Assembly (NCBI GenBank): GCA_050951325.1
Contig: JBMNIW010000011.1
Location: forward strand, 32,001-96,000
DNA from: Clostridia bacterium
GTDB lineage: Bacteria > Bacillota > Clostridia > UBA1212 > DUPL01
Direction: 5' to 3'
Length of the DNA stretch: 64,000 nucleotides
The position numbers and the translations under genes are program-made. Position 1 is the first letter of the stretch. The number at the start of each line of letters is the position of its first letter. The notes beneath the pieces are model-generated. The model had not been told where the DNA came from and did no database searches. It saw only the letters and a program-made list of their open reading frames with translations. Shown piece by piece: positions 9,502 to 20,185 of this stretch.

Positions 9502-10173
9502 TCATTCTCCCAGTTTGTATCCTACATTCCTGACAGTCTTTATCAAACTTGCACACTCTCCCAGCTTCTGCCTGAGGCTTTTGATGTGCATGTCCACGGT
9601 TCTGCTTCCTCCGGCAAAATCATACCCCCATACATTTTCAAGAAGTTTGTCTCTTGATACAACAATCCCATGATTCATTATCAGGTATTTGAGAAGTTCA
9701 TACTCCTTGTAGGTAAGTTCCACCAATTCACCCCTTACTCTCACTACTCGGGCAGCATCATCAATCTCAATGTCATCATATTTTAACGCGCTGTCCTCTA
9801 CGCCAGATCCCCCAGCCCGCCTTAAAAGAGCCTTTACGCGCGACACCATTTCCAGAACAGAAAAGGGTTTGGTCAAGTAATCGTCCGCCCCCATGTCAAG
9901 ACCCCTTACCTTGTCCATCTCGAAACCTTTTGCGGTTATGAGAATGACAGGCACATCCTTGGTAGCCACATTCTGTCTAATCTCTTTTAGTATTGAAAGT
10001 CCATCATTCTCAGGAAGCATTATATCCAAAATCACAAGACCAGGTACCTTTTCTCTGCATGCTTTCAAGAAGGATTCTCCGTCTTCAAACTCCTGCACTT
10101 CAAAACCGTTGCTTCTTAAAGTATAACTCTCAAGTTCCCTAATGTTTTCATCATCCTCGACAATGTATATCAT
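9502..10173 (-). CDS. phoP: OmpR-family response regulator PhoP/PhoB
   Basis: IVEDD, LDIMLP, GADDYLTKPF and winged-helix VRNVGYK; lies between phoU and phoR. Confidence 0.9.
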   Translation of the reverse strand: MIYIVEDDENIRELESYTLRSNGFEVQEFEDGESFLKACREKVPGLVILDIMLPENDGLSILKEIRQNVATKDVPVILITAKGFEMDKVRGLDMGADDYLTKPFSVLEMVSRVKALLRRAGGSGVEDSALKYDDIEIDDAARVVRVRGELVELTYKEYELLKYLIMNHGIVVSRDKLLENVWGYDFAGGSRTVDMHIKSLRQKLGECASLIKTVRNVGYKLGE

Positions 10174-10187
10174 TTAATACCTCCAGA

Positions 10188-10835
10188 TTATACATGTATA
10201 CCTTTTATTGCGAATATGACCCATTCTGCAATATTTGTGGCATGGTCGCCTATCCTTTCAAAATACTTGGCAATCATAAGAAGGTTTACCGACTGCTCAC
10301 TGTTGCTTATATCTTCCCTAATCAGTTCAACTACTTCCTTCTTTACCACATTGAACAAATCATCCACCACATCATCAAAATCCACCACACTCTTTGCCAA
10401 ATCGTAATCCATCTTTACAAATGCATCAATGCTTTCCTTCACCATTTTGGTTGTGGCTTCAGCCATCTGCTGTATATGTTCAAGTTTCTTAATATATGGC
10501 TTGTCAAGCATCATCAGAGTTATCTCGGAAATGTCCGCTGCCTGGTCTCCAATCCTCTCCATATCGGTAATCATCTTCAAAGCTGCGGATATGAGTCTCA
10601 AATCTTTTGCCACTGGCTGCTGCTGAAGAAGTAGCTTGAGACACATATTCTCTATATCCTTCTCCTTCTGATCTACTTCATTATCAAATAAAACCGCAAA
10701 TTTTGCAAGTTCCTCATTCTGTTCCAAAAGAGCTTTAACCGCAATATCAATTGCTTTTTCAATCAATGCTCCCATCTCTACAAGTTCCTTGTTAAGAGCA
10801 TCCAATTGTTCATCAAATCTGCTTCTCAATCTCAT
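10188..10835 (-). CDS. phoU: Phosphate transport regulator PhoU
   Basis: QQPVAKDLR, DMERIGDQA, ERIGDHATNIAEWV; start moved to ATG 10835. Confidence 0.95.
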   Translation of the reverse strand: MRLRSRFDEQLDALNKELVEMGALIEKAIDIAVKALLEQNEELAKFAVLFDNEVDQKEKDIENMCLKLLLQQQPVAKDLRLISAALKMITDMERIGDQAADISEITLMMLDKPYIKKLEHIQQMAEATTKMVKESIDAFVKMDYDLAKSVVDFDDVVDDLFNVVKKEVVELIREDISNSEQSVNLLMIAKYFERIGDHATNIAEWVIFAIKGIHV

Positions 10836-10836
10836 A

Positions 10837-11592
10837 TCATCCAAACCTCCCGGTAATATAGTCTTCCGTGCGCTGATCTTTCGGTACCGAAAACAGATCA
10901 TCCGTCTTTGAATATTCTATTAGTTCACCCAGCAAAAAGAAGGCTGTTTTGTCCGAAATCCTGAGAGCCTGCTGCATATTGTGCGTTACAATGATTATAG
11001 TATATTCTTTTTTCAGCTCCGAAACAAGGTCTTCTATCTTTGTTGTGGAAATTGGATCCAGTGCACTGGTTGGCTCATCCATAAGCAAGACTTCAGGTTT
11101 TACCGCCAAGGCTCTTGCTATGCAAAGCCTCTGCTGCTGCCCACCAGAAAATCCTAGAGCATTCTTTTTCAACCTGTCCTTGACCTCATCCCAAATTGCC
11201 GCAGCTCTCAAAGACTCTTCCACAATTTCATCCAGCCTTGATTTTGAGCGTATTCCGTGGGTTCTTGGCCCATACGCAATATTGTCGTAAACACTCATAG
11301 GGAACGGATTTGGCTTTTGAAACACCAGTCCAACCCTTTTCCTTAAATCATATACATCAATATCCTGGTATATGTTCTCCCCATCGAGTAAAACTTCCCC
11401 CGTAATCTTACAGCCTTCAACGAGATCATTCATACGATTAAGACTTTTTAACAAGGTGGACTTACCACACCCAGAGGGTCCAATGAAAGCTGTAATCTCT
11501 TTTTCTTCTATGTTCATATTAACTTTCTTCAATGCTTGGAAACTTCCGTAAAACAAATCTAGATTATTAATTTCAAATTTATACTTATCCAT
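10837..11592 (-). CDS. pstB: Phosphate ABC transporter ATPase
   Basis: [33 protein letters not shown]. Confidence 0.97.
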   Translation of the reverse strand: MDKYKFEINNLDLFYGSFQALKKVNMNIEEKEITAFIGPSGCGKSTLLKSLNRMNDLVEGCKITGEVLLDGENIYQDIDVYDLRKRVGLVFQKPNPFPMSVYDNIAYGPRTHGIRSKSRLDEIVEESLRAAAIWDEVKDRLKKNALGFSGGQQQRLCIARALAVKPEVLLMDEPTSALDPISTTKIEDLVSELKKEYTIIIVTHNMQQALRISDKTAFFLLGELIEYSKTDDLFSVPKDQRTEDYITGRFG

Positions 11593-12445
11593 TTCTTCTT
11601 CCTTTCGTTAATTTACTTGCCACAAGGCTTGATAGTCCATTAATAACTAACACAAACAGAAGTAACACCACCGCTGTGGCATAGGCTTCGTTGGTGTATA
11701 GTGCTTCACTTGACAAGGCATACATATGGACGGATAACGTTCGACCGGAGGAAGTAAGGCTGTTTGGAATCTTAGCCACGGATCCAGCCGTATAGAGCAA
11801 CGCTGCCGACTCTCCCACAATACGACCAATGGCAAGTATGATACCGGCTAATATACCAGGACTTGCAGCAGGCAGGACCACTCTAAAGACAGTACGTAAA
11901 CGTCCAGCTCCTAACCCAAAACTAGCCTCTCTGTATGTATCAGGAACGCTTAATAAGGCCTCTTCCGTTGTTCTCATAATCAAGGGTAATATCATAATCG
12001 TAAGGGTTAACGCACCAGACAGAATAGAAAACCCAAGACCTAAGGTGGTTACGAAAAACAACATACCAAAAAGGCCATAGACTATGGAAGGAACTCCTGA
12101 CAGGGTTTCTGAAGTCAACCTTATTATAGAAACAATCTTATTCCCCTTCTTAGCGTACTCTGCTAAATAGATGGCAGAGAATATGCCAATAGGGGCTGCT
12201 GCTACAAGGGATAAGGCCACAATTATTAAAGTATTCACTAAAGCTGGCATTAAAGAAACGTTCTCCGTGGTATACGTTAAACTAAACAGGCTAGGTTTTA
12301 TATGAGGTACGCCTTTTATTAAAATATATAAAACAATTAAGAGAATAACTCCTAAGGTTATAATAGCGGCTAAGGTAGTTATCAACTTTATCAATAGCGA
12401 GAAGGGCTTATTCCTATAAGCTTTAACTTTTGATTTAAAGGACAT
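11585..12445 (-). CDS. pstA: Phosphate ABC transporter permease
   Basis: [27 protein letters not shown]. Confidence 0.93.
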   Translation of the reverse strand: MSFKSKVKAYRNKPFSLLIKLITTLAAIITLGVILLIVLYILIKGVPHIKPSLFSLTYTTENVSLMPALVNTLIIVALSLVAAAPIGIFSAIYLAEYAKKGNKIVSIIRLTSETLSGVPSIVYGLFGMLFFVTTLGLGFSILSGALTLTIMILPLIMRTTEEALLSVPDTYREASFGLGAGRLRTVFRVVLPAASPGILAGIILAIGRIVGESAALLYTAGSVAKIPNSLTSSGRTLSVHMYALSSEALYTNEAYATAVVLLLFVLVINGLSSLVASKLTKGRRNG

Positions 12446-13298
12446 TGTTAGACCTCCTTTTGATTACTGAAAACAGTAAGTTAATAAGCAGAATAAACAC
12501 AAATAAAACTACACCTGTAGCAATAAGAGCTTCTCTATGTAGCTCCGCTGCGTATCCCATTTCCATAATTATGTTAGTTGTGAGAGTACGAACCCCTCTA
12601 AATAATCCATTTGGCATCCTTGGCTGGTTACCTGCCACCATCACAACAGCCATGGTCTCACCTATAGATCTACCTATCCCTAGAACAACCCCTGCAAGGA
12701 TACCTGACTTGGCTGCAGGCACCACGGCAGTGTATACACTTCTTTCGTGGGTTGCTCCAAGGGCAATGGCACCTTCATAGTAGCTTTCGGGTACGGCATT
12801 TATGGCAGATTCACTAACTGCAATTATAGTTGGCAATATCATTATGCCTAGCAATATGGACGCAGTAAATATACTAGAACCTTTGCCTCCGAAGACGTTT
12901 CTTACCAAAGGAACTAATACAACTAACCCAAAAAATCCATAAACAACGGAAGGAATGCCTGCAAGAAGATCACAAGATGGCTTTAGTATCTTGTATAGCC
13001 ACTTTGGACAGAACTTAGCTAAGAATATGGCAGTTAATAACCCTAAGGGTACACCGATGATAATTGCACCAGCAGTTACGTAAATACTTCCAAGAATCAT
13101 AGGGAAAATACCATAAGAGGCTGGTGTATCTAGAGGAGACCATTTCTTACCTAGTAAAAAATCAAAAATACCGATCTCTCTAATGGCAGGTATTCCGTTA
13201 GCAAAGAGAAATATACATATTAATAAAACTGCGAATACTGAAGCAAGGGCTGCCACAAAGAACACCCCTTGCATTATTAACTCTTTAAATCTTCTCAT
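12435..13298 (-). CDS. pstC: Phosphate ABC transporter permease
   Basis: LAGIPSVVYGFFG, GRSIGETMAVVMVAGN. Confidence 0.93.
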   Translation of the reverse strand: MRRFKELIMQGVFFVAALASVFAVLLICIFLFANGIPAIREIGIFDFLLGKKWSPLDTPASYGIFPMILGSIYVTAGAIIIGVPLGLLTAIFLAKFCPKWLYKILKPSCDLLAGIPSVVYGFFGLVVLVPLVRNVFGGKGSSIFTASILLGIMILPTIIAVSESAINAVPESYYEGAIALGATHERSVYTAVVPAAKSGILAGVVLGIGRSIGETMAVVMVAGNQPRMPNGLFRGVRTLTTNIIMEMGYAAELHREALIATGVVLFVFILLINLLFSVIKRRSNNVL

Positions 13299-14140
13299 TT
13301 CACATCATCCCAGGATGTAATATCACCTATAAAGATTTTCTTTACTTGGTCAGATGACAATTCATCAATGGAGTTACCTTTATTCACAATAACGGCAATA
13401 CCATCCATAGCAATTACATATGAATCAAGCTTTTCCTTCTCACTGTCCTTTAGTTCTCTTGACGCCATACCTATATCACAGACGCCTTCCATAACACTAT
13501 TCATGCCTGAGGTGGAGTCCGTAAGCTGTACTTCAATCTCAACCTTGGCATTTAACTTCAAGTACGCTTCCTTAAGCTTCTCCATGACAGGGGTTACCGA
13601 TGAGGAACCGGAAACCACAACCTTTCCATCTGGATTGCTGCTGGTAAAAGGACCTGTATTCTCTTTGCTAATGAATCCTGCGTCCTCCACCACCTTCTGA
13701 CCGTCCTCGGACAGAATGAAATTTATAAAGTCCTGTGCGGCATCACTGAGTTCTCCCTTGGTCGCAATGTTAAAAGGCCTTGCCACTTTGTATGTCCCAT
13801 TCTTGATATTCTCTACAGTTGCCTCCACTCCGTCTATTTTTACAGCCTTCACCGTATCGTTGAGTGAACCTAGTGAGATGTATCCGATGGAGTTTACGTC
13901 TCCTGCAATGTAGCTCATTACCTGCTGGGTACCACTAAGCACCACAGCTTCAACGGTCGTTTTGTCAATCTTGTTTCCGAATGAATTCTTCTCCTCAATT
14001 CCAAAAAGCTCAATAAATGCACCTCTTGTTCCGGAACCGCTTTCCCTTGACACTACATTAATTGCATCTTTTCCCGCACCGCAGGCAGACAGAACAATAA
14101 CGAGTGATATGAAAACCAATAAGATAGTTTTTCTAAACAT
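13295..14140 (-). CDS. pstS: Phosphate-binding lipoprotein (domain-permuted Firmicutes type)
   Basis: Lipobox LSAC; VVSRESGSGTRGAF precedes SGSSSV...IGMASR; start moved to ATG 14140 after AGGAGGA. Confidence 0.92.
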   Translation of the reverse strand: MFRKTILLVFISLVIVLSACGAGKDAINVVSRESGSGTRGAFIELFGIEEKNSFGNKIDKTTVEAVVLSGTQQVMSYIAGDVNSIGYISLGSLNDTVKAVKIDGVEATVENIKNGTYKVARPFNIATKGELSDAAQDFINFILSEDGQKVVEDAGFISKENTGPFTSSNPDGKVVVSGSSSVTPVMEKLKEAYLKLNAKVEIEVQLTDSTSGMNSVMEGVCDIGMASRELKDSEKEKLDSYVIAMDGIAVIVNKGNSIDELSSDQVKKIFIGDITSWDDVK

Positions 14141-14241
14141 ATTTCCTCCTCCTTTAATAAAAAAATTGTACATGAAACAAGCTTTTTGGCTTATCTCACG
14201 TACAATTATATTTCCCCAAAATATAGGGCAAATATGAGTAT

Positions 14242-14258
14242 TGTAAAAACCGTGTAAA
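14242..14258 (-). promoter_or_regulatory. Putative Pho box upstream of pstS
   Basis: TTTACA-cggtt-TTTACA direct repeat with 11-bp period (B. subtilis PhoP-type TT(A/T/C)ACA); TATAAT at 14205-14210 downstream. Confidence 0.65.
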
Positions 14259-14261
14259 ATA

Positions 14262-15128
14262 CTAAAGGAGAATCACATCGCTTACCTCATCTCTTTTGGC
14301 AACGGACAAATACATATCCCTGCCAATTACACATCCAATGTCATCCAGCATGTTTTTAGACGCATTGTATGCAAGGTGTGGGAAATTGTTTTCCTGACTC
14401 AAATGACCCAAAACCACCTGCTTTGTGCCTTCACAGACACACTCTCTGACAACTGACGCACATGCTTCATTTGACAAATGTCCAACATCACTCAATATCC
14501 TTTTCTTAAGAGACCAAGGATATCTTCCTTTTTTCAGTTTCTCCACATCATGATTTGATTCAATAAACAGTAAATCAGAGCCCTTTAGATTATCCCTGAC
14601 CACATCCGATGCATATCCCATATCGGTTGCTACGGAAATCTTCATATTGTCCATATACAAGGCATAACTTACAGGTTCTTTTGCATCGTGGGAGATGGGC
14701 CAGCAAACAATTCCAATATCCCCTATCTCAAAGGACTTGTAAGATGTGCACTCTTCCACTTCTTCAGACTCTCCCACATATTCCAGCAAGGAGCACTGAT
14801 GTGGCTTTCTAGTCTCTTTCTCAATTATTCTAATATTCTTGTCCTTTACATTTCCTATACACGGCTCCATCTGTTCCCATGTCTTGATGTTTGCATAAAT
14901 AGGGATATCAAATTTACGAGAGAGTATCCCCACTCCTTTAATATGATCCGAATGCTCATGGGTTACCAGTATTCCGTTAATATTGGCAGGATCCTCCCCG
15001 ATACTTTTTAGCGCACTGATTATGGCAACACCGGACAAACCCGCATCTATCAAAATGCGGGTTTTATCAGTACCTACAAAAATACAATTGCCACTGCTGC
15101 CGGAATACAGGCTGGCAAATTTTATCAT
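14262..15128 (-). CDS. yycJ: MBL-fold metallohydrolase YycJ/WalJ
   Basis: SGSSGNC, THEHSDH, ESNHD, GHLSN, HLSQENN. Confidence 0.88.
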   Translation of the reverse strand: MIKFASLYSGSSGNCIFVGTDKTRILIDAGLSGVAIISALKSIGEDPANINGILVTHEHSDHIKGVGILSRKFDIPIYANIKTWEQMEPCIGNVKDKNIRIIEKETRKPHQCSLLEYVGESEEVEECTSYKSFEIGDIGIVCWPISHDAKEPVSYALYMDNMKISVATDMGYASDVVRDNLKGSDLLFIESNHDVEKLKKGRYPWSLKKRILSDVGHLSNEACASVVRECVCEGTKQVVLGHLSQENNFPHLAYNASKNMLDDIGCVIGRDMYLSVAKRDEVSDVILL

Positions 15129-16399
15129 ATCGGGAATTCCTCAGCTTTTACTCTATGAATGTCAGCACCAAGTTGTGCAAGTTTCTTTTCGAAACCGTCG
15201 TAACCTCTGTCTATGTATTTAATATTGTAAACATCGGATCTGCCTTCAGATGCAAGAGCGGCAATAACAAGAGCAGCACCAGCTCTCAAATCGGTGCATT
15301 TGACAAAGGTCCCTTTGTATTTCCTGTTTCCTGTAATGTATGCAGTGCGTCCCTCTACCTTAATCATTGCACCCATTCGTTTAAGTTCATCTACATATTG
15401 GAATCTGTCCCAGATACCTTCTGAAACCACACTGTCTCCGTCTGCAAGAGACAATAGAGCTGTTATCTGAGGCTGCATGTCGGTGGGAAAACCAGGATAA
15501 GGCAGTGTCTTTACATTTGCGCCATTCATCCTGCCTTTGTGAAATACTCTTATGTAATCGTCCCCTTCCTCAATTCCCACATTCATCTCCTGTAGTTTTG
15601 CGGTCAGAGACTCTTGATGTCTTGGAATAATATTTCTCAGTGTAACATCGCCTTTTGTGGCTGCAGCAGCCACCATGAAAGTTCCTGCTTCAATCTGATC
15701 GGGAATAATAGAATAAGTAATACCGCCTTTTATCTCTTTGCATCCCTTGATTCTAATGGTATCAGTACCAGCACCTTTAATATTTGCTCCCATGGCATTC
15801 AAAAAGTTCGCCACGTCAACCACATGGGGCTCTCTTGCACAGTTCTCAATAATTGTATTGCCTTCCGCCCTGCTGGCAGCCAGCATAAGATTGATGGTTG
15901 CACCTACTGTAACGCCGTCAAGATAAATACTCGTTCCTTTAAGTCCCTTTTTAGCGTTGGTCTTTACCATACCGTATTCTTCAACGGTATCCGCACCAAG
16001 TGCATTGAAACCCTTCAAATGAAGGTCAATTGGTCTTGGACCTAAGTTGCATCCTCCGGGGAGGGATACTTCAGCTTTTCCGAAACGACCCAAAAGCGCT
16101 CCTATGAAATAGTAGGAACCCCTTAAAGTACTTATGGATTCGCTTATTGCCTTGTGGCTTTTAACGTTACGGGGATCAATCTTGATAACATTCTTGCTCA
16201 TCCAGGCGCATTTAGCTCCCAATGCAGTTAGCATATCAACAATTATCTTGACATCCAGTATGTCAGGTACGTTTTCAATAATACAGGGATTTTCTGCTAA
16301 AAGTACTGCAGGCAAAATCCCCAATGTAGCATTTTTGCTTCCACTAACAGTTATATCTCCATTTAATGGCTTTCCGCCGTATATTATAAACTTCTCCAA
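15125..16399 (-). CDS. murA: UDP-N-acetylglucosamine 1-carboxyvinyltransferase
   Basis: SGSKNA, PGGCNLGPRPIDLH, PYPGFPTDMQ, DLRAGAAL, IDRGY. Confidence 0.97.
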   Translation of the reverse strand: MEKFIIYGGKPLNGDITVSGSKNATLGILPAVLLAENPCIIENVPDILDVKIIVDMLTALGAKCAWMSKNVIKIDPRNVKSHKAISESISTLRGSYYFIGALLGRFGKAEVSLPGGCNLGPRPIDLHLKGFNALGADTVEEYGMVKTNAKKGLKGTSIYLDGVTVGATINLMLAASRAEGNTIIENCAREPHVVDVANFLNAMGANIKGAGTDTIRIKGCKEIKGGITYSIIPDQIEAGTFMVAAAATKGDVTLRNIIPRHQESLTAKLQEMNVGIEEGDDYIRVFHKGRMNGANVKTLPYPGFPTDMQPQITALLSLADGDSVVSEGIWDRFQYVDELKRMGAMIKVEGRTAYITGNRKYKGTFVKCTDLRAGAALVIAALASEGRSDVYNIKYIDRGYDGFEKKLAQLGADIHRVKAEEFPI

Positions 16400-16564
16400 A
16401 TTTCACACCTACTCATGATTTCTTACTCTTAACTTCTCTTTTATAACCACATATTGAGTAATCCTACTGCAACGCCTACAGTATATCATACCATAAAGTT
16501 TGTTTCAATGAGAAGTAAAGTATAAATCATAAGTTGATTGAAATTTTACAATTAAATTCTATAA

Positions 16565-17893
16565 CTAATCAAGCTTTTGCCAATACTCACTGGCTTCCCT
16601 TTCAATCTCATCAAGCCAATCCATAAAATGTTTGGTACCATTAAAGTACTGTTCAAGCATAAGGCTCCATGGTGTCTTTATCAAATCCGCCACACCTTCA
16701 GGAACCTTTGCACTTAAGTGGCCCACCGTATCATACTCCGGATAACAAATAAAAGCATCCATGTTCTTTCCTTCCCAGGAAGACTCTCTCTTTCGCCAGA
16801 AATCTGACTTTTCAAAGGTTTTAAAAACAGGCACTCCGCCGCCCTTTTCACCATGAAAAGCCTTCTGCCCTTCTTCAGTATTGAAGAACAGAGCCAAAAC
16901 TGCCGCCGTGTCGGGTCTTTTGGTTCTGCAGTACACACCAGCCCCCGTGATGTAAGTTCCAACCTTTGGAGTTGGTAATAGCGGAAAAGACGCTATATCC
17001 CAATCAACTCCCAGACCATCATACTCCTCTCCATAATCCTTAAGATTTGAATACAGCATCTGATGGAATACATAATCCGATTTTTCAAGACCATCATAGT
17101 CGGAGGTGATTTTTCCAGTAGGATACAAGTAACCTTCATCTGCTGCTTCAAACATTTCAGTGATACCGGAGAGAACATCTTCATCAGACAGGAGACTGAT
17201 CTTCCTGTTAACGGTATCATACCATTTGCCGCCCCAACCTTCCATGAAGGCAATATAAACCAAGTCCCAGTTCAAGTCCAGAAACATGGGAACTTGTGAA
17301 TATGCACCATCTTCATTTATTTTAACAAGTTTTTGTGCGTAATCCTCTCTGAACTCTCTCCATGTCCAGTCATTGGATGGCAAATCAAGTCCTTCCTCAG
17401 AAAGAGCATCCTTGTTTGCCACAAGCGAAAGCCTGGCATAATCGACACTCACCATGTACAATCCTCCGCTATACGTTCCTGCATCGTAAGCTGCTGAATA
17501 AATATTGCTAAAATCAAAACCCAGATGTGAAGCATATAGATCGAGCTTTATCAATGTTCTTGTTTCTACCAAATGGGAAAGCCTATCAGCATTAAACACA
17601 AAAACATCACCAATGTCTCCTGATGCAATCCTTGCATCCAAATCTCCACCAAGGGTATCCAGCGAAACGGATGCCTCAGGGCATGTATTTTCAAATTCCT
17701 TAATAAAAGCATGATATGACAGCATCTCCTTCTGAGTTGTAGCCTTAACTGACAAGGTCACGTTGCCTTCCACGGCAATCTGATACTGATGCGGAGTATG
17801 ATGCGGTATGTTATAGCCTCCACAGGCTGTAAATCCAACAACAACCGCCATCATCATAAACACAACTGCAGCTGTCTTGAAAGCACTTTTCAT
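16565..17893 (-). CDS. Carbohydrate ABC transporter solute-binding lipoprotein (no adjacent permeases)
   Basis: Lipobox FTAC; GDVF, LDLPSNDWTWREF and DWDIASFP family-1 SBP features. Confidence 0.8.
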   Translation of the reverse strand: MKSAFKTAAVVFMMMAVVVGFTACGGYNIPHHTPHQYQIAVEGNVTLSVKATTQKEMLSYHAFIKEFENTCPEASVSLDTLGGDLDARIASGDIGDVFVFNADRLSHLVETRTLIKLDLYASHLGFDFSNIYSAAYDAGTYSGGLYMVSVDYARLSLVANKDALSEEGLDLPSNDWTWREFREDYAQKLVKINEDGAYSQVPMFLDLNWDLVYIAFMEGWGGKWYDTVNRKISLLSDEDVLSGITEMFEAADEGYLYPTGKITSDYDGLEKSDYVFHQMLYSNLKDYGEEYDGLGVDWDIASFPLLPTPKVGTYITGAGVYCRTKRPDTAAVLALFFNTEEGQKAFHGEKGGGVPVFKTFEKSDFWRKRESSWEGKNMDAFICYPEYDTVGHLSAKVPEGVADLIKTPWSLMLEQYFNGTKHFMDWLDEIEREASEYWQKLD

Positions 17894-17914
17894 AAAAAAC
17901 TCCTTTCAAAATAA

Positions 17915-18168
17915 TTATGAATCCGCCTCGTCAAGAGTCCCCCAAAGCTCATTTGCTTTGCGTTCCATGTCATATAGCGAATCTACAAAGTGTTTGCAAC
18001 CATCAAAGTGCTGTTTTAGCATTTTTTCCCATGATTCTTCGATTATGAATGCCACTTCGGAAGGAATCCTCCCCTTTATTATTCCAATCGTATCGAGTTC
18101 AGGAAAACTTACAAATGCTGTACCAAAACCATAAACACAACAAGTCCTGTTTTTACAGTACGTTTCAT
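17915..18168 (-). pseudogene. Internally deleted tandem paralogue of the adjacent solute-binding protein
   Basis: MKRTVKTGLVVFMVLV (cf. MKSAFKTAAVVFMMMA) joined out of frame to AFVSFPELDTIGIIKGRIPSEVAFIIEESWEKMLKQHFDGCKHFVDSLYDMERKANELWGTLD (cf. AFICYPEYDTVGHLSAKVPEGVADLIKTPWSLMLEQYFNGTKHFMDWLDEIEREASEYWQKLD). Confidence 0.85.
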
Positions 18169-18355
18169 ATGAAAGACTCCCCTCAAGAGTGTTTGTTCGG
18201 TTATTACTACCATCATTTTATACCACTGCCTTGTTTCAGGTCAATGCACAACCCCTGCTTTTTTTAATATTTGACTAAAAATTTACATTATGTAAACCTT
18301 TGTGCAATAAATAAAAAGAGCTAAGCAATTAGACGAAGTTACAGGTATGAGTCTA

Positions 18356-18600
18356 TTATGGATTCCTTATCAAATATAAAGTAAGGTCGTCATTAACCGG
18401 ATCGATTGAACCAGTCCCGTCGTCATATACATTGGTATGCTCTGAATCAGTGTATAATGTAAAATTATCATAATACTTCACACTAAACATTGAATCTTTT
18501 TGAATTTCAAATTTATCAAACAAAGCATTCCCATTTCGCATTTCAATTATTGTAACCGTAACAGTAGTGCCAAATTCATAATCTCTTACGAAACTTGGGA
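18356..18600 (-). pseudogene. 3' gene fragment (InlB B-repeat-like tail) at the end of the Rhs-associated array
   Basis: ...FTLYTDSEHTNVYDDGTGSIDPVNDDLTLYLIRNP*; the reading frame extends upstream without a good RBS or start. Confidence 0.35.
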
Positions 18601-18660
18601 AGTCATGACCATATGATTAAAGAAGTCATTAACAAGGAAATTTTCCGTACCACTCCACCG

Positions 18661-19394
18661 TTAGAGATCAAGAAATTTCTGCTGACTTTTTACTTTTAGG
18701 AATTGCCTTACTAAGATGACTGCTACAAGCGCAATAAACAATAAAATTGCTATAAAAGTTACGATTGCTTTGGTCAGTTGACCTGAGTTGACATCATACA
18801 ATATCGTTATATTTCCGCTTGAATCAGTTTTTAGCAGTTGTGAGTATGATGATGCAAAAAAGTTCAGGAATCCCATTTGATTTCTAATAGAATAGGAGTT
18901 TTCACCAATATATACATGGTCTTTTTTAGCTATGTCGTTCCACAGAGAATTATTTTCTATGCTACTATCCTCAGCTCGAACCATATCAATTAATTGTCCA
19001 GCTGAAGTTAATTCAACAATTATTGAACTCCTTACTAATAGCAATAAAATATTATCATCATTCCATTGTATAAAAAATGAGCCATAATTTGAAAACTCAA
19101 ATACATTCATTAACTCTCCATTTTTATTTAATACTACAATTCTATTATCTTTAAGACCTAAAAGAATATTTTCGCTCTCAGAAACATTAAAACTTACGTT
19201 GGCGATTCAATTTTATTCAAAGAAATGGAATCAGAAAGTGATTTAATATTTATATTCTCCCATATTTCACTCTTCTCTTTGTCCGATAAGGTCGTTGTTT
19301 CAAATCCTTATGTTGTTATAGCGTACACAGTCAATCCTTCAGAAAGTAGAATCAAAAACATAATACATATAGTCATAATAAATTTTTTATACAT
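18661..19394 (-). pseudogene. Exported, membrane-anchored protein (putative immunity gene), disrupted
   Basis: MYKKFIMTICIMFLILLSEGLTVYAITT* has a premature stop; a frameshift near 19197 follows, then the ORF-track frame 18661-19110 ending in a TM helix and basic tail; starts 10 nt after the toxin-tip fragment. Confidence 0.6.
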
Positions 19395-19404
19395 ATTTTT
19401 GCAC

Positions 19405-19812
19405 CTACCATTCCATTATTCTAATATATATATTTCTCATAACATCAAAAACATTTAATTGAGTCTGGTTCAATGTCGCAGTTTCTCCCCATTCGACATG
19501 AAATTCACTACCACGGGTTCCAAAACCAACATTAGATGTTGCACCAAAATATGTTTTATTTAATGTTGAATCTGGAATAAAGTTAAAATCACCTCAGGAA
19601 GCAATAGGAACTCCATATACTGGAGCAGCAATAGAGCCGCCTATTCCTTGTATTGCGACATTTCCTTTTGTATCGATTGATATTCCTCCTTGCAAATTAA
19701 AAATAACAGCATTTGAAGAACCACTTACGTTAATCCCTTGTGAATAAGTCGCATCTACTTTGGGCAAAGCTTTCTGATCTTTTTTACCACTGGTTTTACA
19801 TCTAAACAACAA
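19405..19812 (-). pseudogene. Orphan Rhs C-terminal tip fragment (Gly-rich beta type)
   Basis: YSQGINVSG...GGISIDTKGNVAIQG...PIAS* continues in frame past the TGA as GDFNFIP...GFGTRGSEFHVEWGETAT...IMEW*. Confidence 0.55.
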
Positions 19813-19815
19813 TAC

Positions 19816-20040
19816 TTATTCACTTAACTTATATTTTTTTACAACTGTTCTAAACATTGATTTTCCACAATACTCACACACTTGTGTAGAACCATCTACT
19901 ATAAATTGCATATTTCCACATTCCTTCGAGCACACTGCAAATGAAATATATATTTCATTTGGAAAATCTACTGATTTATCATCAATTTCTATATATTCAT
20001 TAATAGGGTATCCTTCGAGTTTAAACTTATCTTTATTCAT
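19816..20040 (-). CDS. Small Zn-ribbon protein, putative immunity protein
   Basis: GGAGGA RBS; 74 aa with CSKEC...CEYC; located directly downstream of the Rhs tip. Confidence 0.6.
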   Translation of the reverse strand: MNKDKFKLEGYPINEYIEIDDKSVDFPNEIYISFAVCSKECGNMQFIVDGSTQVCEYCGKSMFRTVVKKYKLSE

Positions 20041-20185
20041 GTTTTCCTCCATAAATAATAATTGATTATTGTTTTCCATCTCATACTTGGTTATTTTATA
20101 ACAACATTAGATATATAAGCACAGCAAATAGTATAAGAATTCAACAAACTAAACTCATATATGCATCTTATAGATAATCCCCATT

